Source: an uncultured archaeon (GTDB lineage: Archaea > Micrarchaeota > Micrarchaeia > Anstonellales > Bilamarchaeaceae). From it: a DNA stretch of 64,000 bases. Shown here in pieces: positions 49,467-59,045 of this stretch. The stretch spans positions 25,637-89,636 of the forward strand of contig CAVTHI010000001.1 in the NCBI GenBank assembly GCA_963734525.1. The letters run 5' to 3'. Within the stretch, counting starts at the first letter, position 1, and each line of letters begins with the position of its first letter. Below the pieces are notes generated by a model, which saw only the letters and a program-made list of their open reading frames with translations, searched no databases and was not told the DNA's origin. The position numbers and the translations under genes were made by a program.

Positions 49467-49880
49467 TCATTTGGAGCTCACCCAGACAAGGATGCCGAGC
49501 GAAATCGTCGCAAACAGGTACGGCACGCTCTGGAACAGGCCGTCCCTCCCGTAAACGCCGAAGAAGACGTGCAGCAGGGGATTGGCAGCCACGGCAAAGA
49601 GCATGAACGAGAAGACGGCGAGAAGGAGCCCGAGGGTGAACCCGCTTTTGAGCTGGAGGTAGTCCTTCAGGTAGATGAAGAACAGGTAGAACGAGAGGAT
49701 GAGCATCGCGACGGACAGGACGGTGTGCGTGAGGAACACGGCCTGGAACATGTTGGGCGGCGCTTCGCGCGGGGGGATGTCGCCGGGCTCGAACTGCCGG
49801 AACGGCAGCGCCGCATTGGCGGCGAGCAGGAAGCCCGCTGAAATCAGCAAGGCCAGCACCGCCCCGAAAAACGCCTTCAT
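49467..49880 (-). CDS. hypothetical 4-TM membrane protein
   Basis: hydrophobic ORF; start moved to MKAFFGAV to avoid overlap with upstream regulator gene. Confidence 0.4.
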   Translation of the reverse strand: MKAFFGAVLALLISAGFLLAANAALPFRQFEPGDIPPREAPPNMFQAVFLTHTVLSVAMLILSFYLFFIYLKDYLQLKSGFTLGLLLAVFSFMLFAVAANPLLHVFFGVYGRDGLFQSVPYLFATISLGILVWVSSK

Positions 49881-49887
49881 TGTGAGG

Positions 49888-50190
49888 TTATTTTCTTCTC
49901 TTTTTTCCATCCATATCACCCACGAGCAAATCCTTCAGATAAGCGTTATCATCCCATTCCGGGCTCAGGAAATACACCGAACCGTATTTCTTCTTCGGCG
50001 TCTCCAGAATCCCGTTTTCGACAAGCAGCTCCACATGGCCCTGGACCGTCTTGTAGTCCATGGCGAGCGCAATCGAGAGCTGGCGGATATTCTCCGGCTT
50101 TTCCGATACGGCCCTGAGGATGCGTAGCCTCGTCGGTCCGCCTCTCGAAGCGTTGAGGAGCCAATAAAGCAGGCGTGTCTTTGAATCCAT
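49888..50190 (-). CDS. winged-helix transcriptional regulator (ArsR/PadR-like)
   Basis: 100 aa; ...TRLRILRAVSEKPENIRQLSIALAMDYKTVQGHVELLVENGILE... wHTH. Confidence 0.55.
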   Translation of the reverse strand: MDSKTRLLYWLLNASRGGPTRLRILRAVSEKPENIRQLSIALAMDYKTVQGHVELLVENGILETPKKKYGSVYFLSPEWDDNAYLKDLLVGDMDGKKRRK

Positions 50191-50353
50191 CCCGTATCAG
50201 CGCGAAAAAAGATTAGTCCGCCAGGAGAGCATGGATTTTCCGGATTTATATATTTTCCCCCAAATCGGGGGGCCGGAGGATGGCGGCGGGGGGAATGCGG
50301 CGGCGCATGCCGGAATCAAGAAGCATTAAAATGCCCATCGGGCAAGCGGTATC

Positions 50354-50857
50354 ATGAAAGCCGTCTTAGCGCTCATCCTCATCGCCGCCCTCGCGGCGGC
50401 AGCGCCGTCGCCCCCGGAAGTCATCGTCAACAACAGGACGATGGAATGCTCGCCATACAATGCGGGCGACGAATGCACGCGTTGCGCCATCCCTGACGGC
50501 TGGACGAGCCTCGGATACGGCACGGTGGAATGCCCGCAGGGATACGCTGAAACCAGGGCACCAATAGTATGCACGCCCGCGGTGAACGAAAGATGCTGCA
50601 GCGAGGGCCACAGCGGGGCCAATGGGGATTGCGGGAAGATGATTATCAACCGGCGGACGAAACAGTGCGTTTTCGCGAACGGAACGGCGCCCTCTGGATG
50701 GGAGGGGGAAGCGAATGGCACGGAATCATGGCAATGCCCCGAAGGGTACACGTGGGCGGAAAACACCGGCCCCTGCCCAGTTCCTTTCATCGTGGCATCC
50801 GGCGCCCTCGTCATCTTGCTCGTAAGGAGCACGGGATGCCCTTGTCCTAAAAAATGA
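50354..50857 (+). CDS. secreted cysteine-rich protein (14 Cys) with C-terminal TM anchor
   Basis: N-terminal signal (MKAVLALILIAALAAAAPSPP), Cys-rich ectodomain, C-terminal PVPFIVASGALVILLV hydrophobic segment. Confidence 0.5.
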   Translation: MKAVLALILIAALAAAAPSPPEVIVNNRTMECSPYNAGDECTRCAIPDGWTSLGYGTVECPQGYAETRAPIVCTPAVNERCCSEGHSGANGDCGKMIINRRTKQCVFANGTAPSGWEGEANGTESWQCPEGYTWAENTGPCPVPFIVASGALVILLVRSTGCPCPKK

Positions 50858-50917
50858 ATACCAGCCGGACGCATTCCGGGAACCGCATGAAGATACGGAA
50901 TTTCGTGCTCTGCCTTT

Positions 50918-51784
50918 TTAGAGGACGGAATCCACCGCATCGCGGCATTCCCGGACCATATCCTCGATATATGCATCGGAACGCGACTGGACCAAAGGCA
51001 GGAACAGCCTGTGGAATGCGATTTCCTTCCGCATCAATTCGGTGAGAGACGGCTCGTCGGGCGGGGAAGGGCTGAGAAGGCGTATCAAAGCCTCGTCATA
51101 GAAAGGAAGCGGGTCGTCCGGCTGGATATGCACGTTGATGTCCAGCCCGGGCCATTGGACGCCTGCCAGGTTCCTGTGATTGGAGCCCTGAAGAACGACG
51201 ACTTCGTCTACGGAATCTGAAAGGGCCGCCGTTTGCCCTATCAGCAGCATATCCCTGGCGACCACTGCACGGGCCATGAAACGTATGCTGTCGGCCAGGC
51301 ATCTTATTCCGGTTGATTCGTCACCGTCTTGGAATGCCGCCAGATAACCCCGGTTCTTCCAGTAGAACGATTCCAGCGTGAGGAGCTGCGCTTCCTCGCA
51401 GGTGGCTGAGAACCCGAGGACTATTCTCCCGGGAGTTTCCCTGTTTTCGTCGATTATCCTTTCCGTGACGGCAAATGGCGACATAATGCCCCGTGAATCA
51501 TCCATACCATGCTTGACCCGGCCGGCCAGGAAAAGGAGGTACTTCCGGTATTCCCGCGTCTGGCCGGCAAGGGATGACCTCAGGGCGTTATCCGCGCGGA
51601 TGGAATCGCCTTGCAGGGCCAGGTCGTTCCCTGTGAAATTATCCTCCAGTATGACGCCGAATCTCCCGGACGGATTCCCCGATAGGATTTGGGAAAGAGC
51701 CCCGGACGAGAACGCCTCCCCGAGGGTTCGCCCGCGAGCCCGTGAATCGGGGTGCTTGGCCAAAATGAGATGGACTGGTTTCAT
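50918..51784 (-). CDS. hypothetical protein (288 aa)
   Basis: ORF with protein-like composition; no domain recognised. Confidence 0.4.
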   Translation of the reverse strand: MKPVHLILAKHPDSRARGRTLGEAFSSGALSQILSGNPSGRFGVILEDNFTGNDLALQGDSIRADNALRSSLAGQTREYRKYLLFLAGRVKHGMDDSRGIMSPFAVTERIIDENRETPGRIVLGFSATCEEAQLLTLESFYWKNRGYLAAFQDGDESTGIRCLADSIRFMARAVVARDMLLIGQTAALSDSVDEVVVLQGSNHRNLAGVQWPGLDINVHIQPDDPLPFYDEALIRLLSPSPPDEPSLTELMRKEIAFHRLFLPLVQSRSDAYIEDMVRECRDAVDSVL

Positions 51785-51879
51785 CGATTATTCATTTGAT
51801 GTTATATTTTATTAATATATCTGGATGAGTGGCATGCCCAATAATAAACCCGTCGGAGAAGGGGGTATAGGTCTTTATT

Positions 51880-52037
51880 ATGGGAATGAGCAAAAAAGAC
51901 TTGTCACGGAAGAAGGCTAATATCAAGGCGAGAATCGAGGACCTCGAGAAAAAGGCCAAGATGGACCCACTTAAGAAGAACAAGTCGCTCCACGGCGAAC
52001 TCGACGACTTGAGGAAGAAGCTCGCCGAAGATGATTG
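51880..52037 (+). CDS. small coiled-coil protein (~52 aa, K/E-rich)
   Basis: short ORF MGMSKKDLSRKKANIKARIEDLEKKAKMDPLKK...; heptad-like charge pattern. Confidence 0.3.
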
Positions 52038-52114
52038 AAGCGCACCGCGGGACGGGAGCGCCCCTGCGGGGGCATCCGGCAGGGATAAAAGAGCGTCCCT
52101 GCATAGATACCCTC

Positions 52115-52240
52115 ATGGGGGAGTGTTTCCTCTGCCAGGGGCAGAATGAGACCAGAAAGGTCTACATGGGAAGCGCGAGAGGTTTTGCCGACCTTTGCAT
52201 CGACTGCGTAATCAAATTCTATAAGATCAAGACGGAGTAG
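52115..52240 (+). CDS. small ClpX-type zinc-finger (C4) protein
   Basis: CFLCQGQNETRKVYMGSARGFADLCIDCV resembles the ClpX N-terminal zinc-binding domain (CSFCGK...RKLIAGPSVYICDECV). Confidence 0.35.
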   Translation: MGECFLCQGQNETRKVYMGSARGFADLCIDCVIKFYKIKTE

Positions 52241-52328
52241 TCGGAAGGCGGGCGGACAATCCTGCGCGAATGCCACGATGCGTGCTGGGCATAAGAAGGC
52301 ATTTTAACGTTCCCTGCACAATCCCCGC

Positions 52329-52913
52329 ATGGCCGGTTTCATCGAAGCGTTCGTCCTACTTCTGGGAATCATCGACCCGCTGGCCAGCCTCGGCGCGTTC
52401 CTCTCCCTTACGAAGGGGATGGCGGACAAGGAGAAGCTCAGGATTGCGCACAAGGCAGTCCTCGTGGCTGCGGCGGTGTTCTTCATCTTCGCGATAGGCG
52501 GCCAGCCGATACTCGACATCCTCGGGGTGAACATCCATGCGTTTCGGGCCGCGGGCGGGATAATACTCGTGCTGCTCGGCATCCAGATGGGCCTCGGGAT
52601 TTCCTTCCCGAAGGGGAAGGAGGAGATAAGCGAGGTCGCGGTAGTCATCGGCACCCCGATGATTTGCGGGCCTGCGACAATCACGACCACAATCATCCTT
52701 ACAAGCGAAACCGGGACGACGCTCACGATGATGGCCGGGGCTATGGTCCTGATTATCACGCTCGGCGTGCTCGTGCTCTCATCGCGCCTGACGAAGATTG
52801 TCGGGAGGAGCGGGCTCCAAATCATGTCCACGATGATGGGGATAATCACGATGGCCTGGGGCATCCAGTACCTGCTGAGCGGGATAGCCGCGTTCGGCGC
52901 GGTCACGGGATGA
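52329..52913 (+). CDS. MarC-family (UPF0056) integral membrane protein
   Basis: 194 aa, 6 TM, conserved N-terminal FxLLxIIDPLAS-like motif. Confidence 0.7.
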   Translation: MAGFIEAFVLLLGIIDPLASLGAFLSLTKGMADKEKLRIAHKAVLVAAAVFFIFAIGGQPILDILGVNIHAFRAAGGIILVLLGIQMGLGISFPKGKEEISEVAVVIGTPMICGPATITTTIILTSETGTTLTMMAGAMVLIITLGVLVLSSRLTKIVGRSGLQIMSTMMGIITMAWGIQYLLSGIAAFGAVTG

Positions 52914-53231
52914 GCGGAAAAAACGAGAGGATAAAAAAAGGAAGAGAAGTCAAGGATGAGACGTTAAATGATGAAAGAGAGATGGAGTATATCTTAGTAA
53001 TACCGGGCCATCTGCCTTCTCGCCCTTCTTCCGCGCCGCGCCCTCCGGAACGCGCGCATCATGTAATTGTCTATCTCCCCCAGCAGTTCAAGGTCTTCAT
53101 AGCTCAGGCCAATCATGCAAACACCGCAAATGCGGGCTGATTCGCGCATAAAGAGCGTTTCGCTGCATAGCGCATTTCCGCGGAATGCGCGGGATTTTAT
53201 CCTTTCAAGCGGAAGGGTGGTGGGGATACGC

Positions 53232-53654
53232 ATGGATACGGAAACAATCATACGGAACGCGAAGACCGTCGCGGTCGTCGGGCTGTCTGACAGGCCCGAG
53301 AGGCCGAGCTACGATGTCGCAAGCTACCTGCTCGGAAAGGGCTACCGGATAATACCGGTGAACCCGAACCTGAAGGAGTGGAAGGGCATCAGGGCGTACG
53401 GCTCGCTAAGCGAAATCCCGAAAAACGTCCATGTGGATGTCGTCGACATTTTCAGGAAAAGCGAGGACGTGCCCCCGGTCGTCGACGATGCGATTGCCAT
53501 ACGCGCCAAAGCCGTGTGGATGCAGCTTGGAATCGTGAATGAGGCGGCGGCGCAGAAGGCGAGGAGCGCCGGGCTTGAAGTCGTCATGGACAGGTGCATG
53601 AAAATCGAGCATATGAAAATGTCCGGAAAGGGCCCGGATGATGCGAATCGCTAG
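53232..53654 (+). CDS. CoA-binding domain protein (YccU-like)
   Basis: KTVAVVGLSDRPERPSYDVASYLLGKGYRIIPVNP Rossmann-like CoA-binding signature; start at internal Met. Confidence 0.65.
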   Translation: MDTETIIRNAKTVAVVGLSDRPERPSYDVASYLLGKGYRIIPVNPNLKEWKGIRAYGSLSEIPKNVHVDVVDIFRKSEDVPPVVDDAIAIRAKAVWMQLGIVNEAAAQKARSAGLEVVMDRCMKIEHMKMSGKGPDDANR

Positions 53655-54676
53655 CCGTCGATGAGGCCCCAGAACACCCAGTCGAACAGTTTCCGCCTTA
53701 CCCTGCCATTCGGGTTCTTCAGCACCCAATCCAGCATCCAGCAGAACGGGAGGAGGGGGTTGGTGAACAGGTGGAACAGCCGGACCTGCCAGATGTGCGC
53801 GTCCGCCATCCGCTTCATCATCGCCCGGCCTTCCGGCTTCCCGAGTATGTGCTTGGCGACTCCTTCGCCGCTCATCATCGCGTAAGCCATGCCTTCGGTG
53901 GTCAGCGGGTTCAGGAACCCGCCTGCATCGCCCACCAGGTAAATGTTGCCGAACTCCCAGCCCCTGTAATCCGCATTGCCCCGCATCGCCTCGGTCTTGA
54001 GGCGCGATGTGTCGATGCCGAACGTCTTCCCGGCCCAGGCCTTCGCCTTCGCCGCGAGCTTATGGTCGAACTCGCCGCGCCAGGCCATGCCGGCCATGGT
54101 CTTGTCGCGGTTCTTCGACATCATGTAGCCGTACGAGCCGGGCAGCGTCTTCGGGAGCCAGTACATCTGGAATTCCGTGCACGGCCTGTCGATGATGCAG
54201 TGGAACGCCCAGCCGGAGATGTTTTTCGAGGGGAGGCCAAGGTGCGCGCGGACGGATGAGAACGAGCCGTCGGCCCCTACAAGGTGGCGGTATCCGTAGC
54301 GCCCTTTCGGAGTCTCGACGAACTCCGGGGTGATTCGTGTCACGGGCTCGGAGAATTTGACACTCGCGTCGCACAATGATTTGAGGTGGTTCTCGATTTC
54401 AGGGCGCCCCACGGTATGGAGGTAGGGCCTGCCGAGCCTTACGACCGTTTTCGTCGTGTCCGTGCCCACGTGGATTTCAGTCCACGGGCGGCCGCGGTCG
54501 AAGCCGGGGGGCGTCCTGACCTTGGACGAGATTTCGCCAGAGCAGATTTTCCTCCCGAGCCGGTCGTTCTTTTCGAGGACGAGGACGCGCAGCCCGGAAC
54601 CGGCGAGATGCCTTGCGCATGAGAGCCCGCCCGGGCCCGCACCCACAATCACTACGTCATATGGCTCGGAGTCCAT
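53651..54676 (-). CDS. geranylgeranyl reductase-family FAD-dependent oxidoreductase
   Basis: YDVVIVGAGPGG dinucleotide motif, GDAGG, 341 aa. Confidence 0.7.
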   Translation of the reverse strand: MDSEPYDVVIVGAGPGGLSCARHLAGSGLRVLVLEKNDRLGRKICSGEISSKVRTPPGFDRGRPWTEIHVGTDTTKTVVRLGRPYLHTVGRPEIENHLKSLCDASVKFSEPVTRITPEFVETPKGRYGYRHLVGADGSFSSVRAHLGLPSKNISGWAFHCIIDRPCTEFQMYWLPKTLPGSYGYMMSKNRDKTMAGMAWRGEFDHKLAAKAKAWAGKTFGIDTSRLKTEAMRGNADYRGWEFGNIYLVGDAGGFLNPLTTEGMAYAMMSGEGVAKHILGKPEGRAMMKRMADAHIWQVRLFHLFTNPLLPFCWMLDWVLKNPNGRVRRKLFDWVFWGLIDG

Positions 54677-54768
54677 GGACTAAATGGATATTCGGAAGTG
54701 ATTTTAAGGCATTTTACACAATATGGATGTTGACGCCCCAGCCTGGAGAAGGTGGATTGGGCGGGGAA

Positions 54769-55569
54769 ATGGTTGAAATGCCAAAGGAAGCATTCGGCGG
54801 AGGCGACGACAGCTCAGGCCCAGCCCCGGATAAGAAGAAAATCGGCCTCAGCAAGTACGGCCTGTCCCCGGACGCCAACATCCGAGACGTGTTCTGGAGG
54901 ATAATGGGCGCATACGCGGCGACGAAGAAGCCCGGTCAGGAGCTCTCGTCGCTTGAAAACGACAGGTTCGCGCTCATGAGGGTGGCGATATCCGCCCTTT
55001 CGAGCCAGCATGGCGAGCGATACGGCCTTTCCCCGAAATTCATCGCGATTTATTCCCTCATGATGATTATCGACGGGGGATGGAACGACGTATTTTCCGA
55101 ATACCTGGAGACTTCATGCGAGAAGAAGCTCGGCATCAAGAAGGACGTCTCCTCGGCATTGAAGAAGCTGCTCCCCCAGGAGAGGTACGGGAAGGCGGTC
55201 AGCGAGAGCCTCGGCGCGATGGTGCGCGGGCGTGAGACCAGCGCGGCCGCCCTCGAATTCATCGCGGACATGGAAAGCGATGACATCGTGCTGGCCCTGA
55301 AGAAGGAGCTCATGATAATAGCCCGCGGGGACATCGGGCAGAACCAGCTCAACGCTATTAAAGCGATAGCGCTCATAAAAGATGACGAGGAGATACGGAA
55401 GTCCATAATCATCCTGCTTTCGCACTGGGATGCGCAGGCGAGGCTCGCAGCCGCGGAGGCCTTGCTGGGGATGTGCGACAATCCGGAAGTGAAGGCCGCG
55501 GCCGCAAAGAGGCTCGAGGCCGAAAGGGACGAGGAGATAATTAAACTGCTCAGGAGGATTGCATCATGA
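54769..55569 (+). CDS. HEAT/PBS-lyase-like repeat protein (hypothetical)
   Basis: repeated helical ~30-aa units, C-terminal ...ARLAAAEALLGMCDNPEVKAAAAKRLEAE...; start at internal Met. Confidence 0.45.
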   Translation: MVEMPKEAFGGGDDSSGPAPDKKKIGLSKYGLSPDANIRDVFWRIMGAYAATKKPGQELSSLENDRFALMRVAISALSSQHGERYGLSPKFIAIYSLMMIIDGGWNDVFSEYLETSCEKKLGIKKDVSSALKKLLPQERYGKAVSESLGAMVRGRETSAAALEFIADMESDDIVLALKKELMIIARGDIGQNQLNAIKAIALIKDDEEIRKSIIILLSHWDAQARLAAAEALLGMCDNPEVKAAAAKRLEAERDEEIIKLLRRIAS

Positions 55570-56093
55570 CGGATTTTGTTAGGATACCCTCCGAGAGGGT
55601 CAAGGTGCTGGTCGGGAAGGACGAGGCGACCAAGAAGAGGATAGAGAAGAAATGCAATGTCGAGCTCATCGTGGATTCCGAAGGGGAAGTCGAGATAATC
55701 GGCGACCCGGCCGACGTCTTCTTCGTCCATGACATCGTGAAGGCCATAGGGAGGGGCTTTCCGCCCGAAACCGCCCTGAAGCTCCTCGGGAACGATTACG
55801 GGCTGTACGTCATCCCCCTCAAGGAGATCGTGCACTCCGAGAACGCGCTGACCAGGCTCAAGGGGAGGGTCATCGGTGAAAATGGGAAGATTAAATACGC
55901 CATCGAGGACGCCACCGACTCGTACGTGAGCATATACGGGAATACGATAGCGATAATCGCGAAAATCGACACGATGGAATACGCCAAGGAGGCCATCGGC
56001 CTGCTTATTGACGGCGCGCGCCATACCAGCGTCCTCGGCTACCTCGCCAAGGCGAAGCGGGAGATACTCGAATCGCGCCTCAAAGGGCGCTGA
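55566..56093 (+). CDS. KH-domain RNA-binding protein (archaeal Dim2/Pno1-like)
   Basis: two KH-like GxxG-type segments (IGRGFPPE, VIGENGKIKY); 175 aa; start overlaps upstream stop. Confidence 0.6.
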   Translation: MTDFVRIPSERVKVLVGKDEATKKRIEKKCNVELIVDSEGEVEIIGDPADVFFVHDIVKAIGRGFPPETALKLLGNDYGLYVIPLKEIVHSENALTRLKGRVIGENGKIKYAIEDATDSYVSIYGNTIAIIAKIDTMEYAKEAIGLLIDGARHTSVLGYLAKAKREILESRLKGR

Positions 56094-56144
56094 ACGCGCC
56101 GCAAGCTATTAATAGCTGCATTCCGATTAGTCGAAATAATACCC

Positions 56145-57785
56145 ATGCCAGGTGATAGAATGGCTGACGACGACATTTTCAAGCAGTTCAAGGAGCATTC
56201 AATCGCCGAATTCTTCAAGAAGAACAGGCAGATGCTCGGGTTTTCCGGGAAAGTCCGCTCGATGACGATAATCGTCCACGAGATAGTCACGAACTCGCTC
56301 GACGCGTGCGAGGAAGCGGGCATACTGCCCGAGCTTTTCGTGCAGGTCGAGGAGCTGGACAAGGAGAAGGAGCATTACCGGCTCACGATAAGGGACAACG
56401 GCCCGGGCATCCCGAAGACGCACCTCGGCAAGGCGCTCGGCCAGATGCTCGCGGGCACGAAGTTCCACCGCTACATCCAGCAGAGGGGCCAGCAGGGAAT
56501 CGGCGCGGCCGCGTGCACCATGTTCTCGTATCTCACGACCGGCCAGCCCACCAAGGCCATATCGTGCCACAAGGGAAGGAAAATCACCGCCTCGATAGGC
56601 ATCGACTTCAAGCAGAACAAGCCCGTGCTGGACGTCGTCGAGGATGCGGACGCGATGGACGAGACGGGCCTCAGCTTCATATCGGAATTCAAGGACGTCC
56701 GCTATGAAAGGAGCAATTACGGCGTTTACGAATACCTCAGGAGGACCGCGCTCGCGAACCCGCACTGCGCCATCACGCTCATCGAGCCCAACAACGAGAG
56801 GACGGTGTTCCCCCGCTCGGTCCTGGTGAACCCGGCAAGGCCCAGCGAGATTAAGCCGCATCCGCTCGGCATCGGGACGCACGACCTTTTGGAATTCGCC
56901 AGGCATAACAAGGAGAACCGCAGGCTCTCGTCGTTCCTCCAGGAGACGTTCTCCAGGGTGAGCGCGGGCAAAATCGACGAGCTGAGGGCGCTCCTCCCGG
57001 ACATGGACCTCAACAAGAACCCGCAGGACATGACCTGGGAGGAGGCCGAGGCGATGGTCAAGGCATTCGCGTCGGTGAAGTGGATAGCCCCGGCAACGGA
57101 TTCGCTCGTCCCGATAGGCAGGGAGCAGGTCGAGGTCTCGTTCCGGAACATATTCAACCCCGAAGTCCTCGTGGTCACCGAAAGGAGCCCCAAGGTGTAC
57201 CGGGGCGGAATCCCGTTCATGGTCGAGGTGGGGATAGCCTACGGAGGCGGCGTGGCCGCGGCCGGGAAGAAGGGCGAGGTCATGAGGTTCGCGAACCGCG
57301 TCCCCCTGCTTTTCGACTCGGGCGGATGCGCCATCACCGAGACCATCAAGACCATGGACTGGAAGAGGTACGACGTGAAGGATTTCGAGGATGAGCCGAT
57401 AGCTGTCCTCGTGAACCTCATCAGCGTCCATGTCCCGTACACGAGCGCGGGCAAGCAGGCCGTCTCGCCCGAGGAGGACGTGATGGACGAAATCAAGTTC
57501 GCCATAATGGAGGCCTCGCGCGGCGTCCAGAAATACCTTTCAGGGAAAAGGAAGGCGCACGAAATCGCCAACAAGAAGAAGGTCGTGAGCAGGTACATCC
57601 AGCAGCTTTCAGGGGACATGGCCAGCTTGACCGGCGAGAAGAAGGCCGAAATCGAAAAAGCGCTCACGAAAATCATCGAGGACAAATACGCCCAGGACGA
57701 GATGGAGGCCGAGGAGACGACGGAAAAGGACCCGGAGCCGGACACCGGAATCGGGAAAACGGATGAAGGAGGCGAGGAAGAATGA
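56145..57785 (+). CDS. top6B: DNA topoisomerase VI subunit B
   Basis: GHKL ATPase Bergerat fold motifs (EIVTNSLDA, RDNGPGIP, GQQGIGAAA), transducer domain; 546 aa. Confidence 0.9.
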   Translation: MPGDRMADDDIFKQFKEHSIAEFFKKNRQMLGFSGKVRSMTIIVHEIVTNSLDACEEAGILPELFVQVEELDKEKEHYRLTIRDNGPGIPKTHLGKALGQMLAGTKFHRYIQQRGQQGIGAAACTMFSYLTTGQPTKAISCHKGRKITASIGIDFKQNKPVLDVVEDADAMDETGLSFISEFKDVRYERSNYGVYEYLRRTALANPHCAITLIEPNNERTVFPRSVLVNPARPSEIKPHPLGIGTHDLLEFARHNKENRRLSSFLQETFSRVSAGKIDELRALLPDMDLNKNPQDMTWEEAEAMVKAFASVKWIAPATDSLVPIGREQVEVSFRNIFNPEVLVVTERSPKVYRGGIPFMVEVGIAYGGGVAAAGKKGEVMRFANRVPLLFDSGGCAITETIKTMDWKRYDVKDFEDEPIAVLVNLISVHVPYTSAGKQAVSPEEDVMDEIKFAIMEASRGVQKYLSGKRKAHEIANKKKVVSRYIQQLSGDMASLTGEKKAEIEKALTKIIEDKYAQDEMEAEETTEKDPEPDTGIGKTDEGGEEE

Positions 57786-58876
57786 GCGACGCTGCCAACA
57801 CGAAGCTCCAGGCCATGGGGAAACAGATGGTCGAGCAGGTCAAGAAAGGCGAGGGGCCGACATTCGAGACGGTCCTCCGCACGAGAAGCAACACCATTTT
57901 CGACGAGGGGCTTGGATGCCTCAGGACCGGCGACAAGAAGGAACTCAGGAAGTTCCTGAGCGTCGCCCAGGCCCGCACGTTCATGCAGACCGTCGCCATC
58001 GCCGCCAAGAGCAGGCAGTTCCTGAAAGAGAACCTGCATACCTCGATCAGGGGCCTTTTCTACCAGCTGAAATTCACGCTCGGCGAGGACATCGACGAGG
58101 ACCTGTTCACCGAGCAGTCGGAATCCAACGCCCTCATCGAGGATTTGGAGGTCGCCCTTAAAATCAAGCGCGAGGACCTGAACCTGACAACGGACAGGAA
58201 GGGGTTCGTCGCCGGGCCGATGACCATCCTCGACCGCTTCGGCGGCGATGATACGCTGATTGATTTGGAGAAGCAGGGCCGCAGCGGCTGGAGCATACCG
58301 TCCGACGTGGATAATGGCATGGAGATAAAGAAGCTCGACGCCGATTACGTGCTGGTCGTCGAGAAGGACGCGCTCTGGCAGAGGCTGAACGAGGACAAGT
58401 TCTGGAAGAAGGAGAACTGCCTGCTGATCACGCCGAAAGGGCAGTCGACGCGCGGCACGCGCAGGCTGCTCCGCAAGCTCGCGGACAAGAAGCTCCCGAT
58501 TTACTGCCTCATGGACTGCGATGCCTGGGGATGGTACATATACTGGACCATCAAGACCGGGAGCATGAACCTGGCATATCTCGGACGCGATTTCGCGGTC
58601 CCTGAAGCGAAGTTCCTCGGCGTCACGATGAGCGACATCAAGGAGTTCGATTTCCTCGACAAGCTCACCATCAAGGCCAAGGACGTCGACGTGAAGCGCG
58701 CCGAGGAGATGCTCGGATACCCCTGGATAAACCGCTATGCTGACTGGGTGCGCGAGCTGAAGATGGTCCTGAAGACGAGGAAGAAAATCGAGCAGGACGC
58801 CCTGCAGGGGCAGAGGCTCACCTTCGTCGGCGAGTACATAAACAAGAAAATCAAGAACAAGGAATGGCTGTCATAG
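57782..58876 (+). CDS. top6A: DNA topoisomerase VI subunit A (Spo11-like)
   Basis: winged-helix with catalytic Tyr region, Toprim motif (VVEKDALW, CLMDCDAWGW); start overlaps top6B stop. Confidence 0.9.
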   Translation: MSDAANTKLQAMGKQMVEQVKKGEGPTFETVLRTRSNTIFDEGLGCLRTGDKKELRKFLSVAQARTFMQTVAIAAKSRQFLKENLHTSIRGLFYQLKFTLGEDIDEDLFTEQSESNALIEDLEVALKIKREDLNLTTDRKGFVAGPMTILDRFGGDDTLIDLEKQGRSGWSIPSDVDNGMEIKKLDADYVLVVEKDALWQRLNEDKFWKKENCLLITPKGQSTRGTRRLLRKLADKKLPIYCLMDCDAWGWYIYWTIKTGSMNLAYLGRDFAVPEAKFLGVTMSDIKEFDFLDKLTIKAKDVDVKRAEEMLGYPWINRYADWVRELKMVLKTRKKIEQDALQGQRLTFVGEYINKKIKNKEWLS

Positions 58877-59045
58877 GCGCATTTAGCCACATGCGGATTC
58901 GGCCGGCTATGCGGGCATTCGAACGTTCTAATTTTTCATTTTTCCAGTTGCTTATAAGCGGCGCCGCGTGCCCGGATGATTGGGAAACTCAGCCCGTCGA
59001 ATTGAATCCGCCGCTGAACTGCCTGTGCCGCGGCCCCCACCCCGT

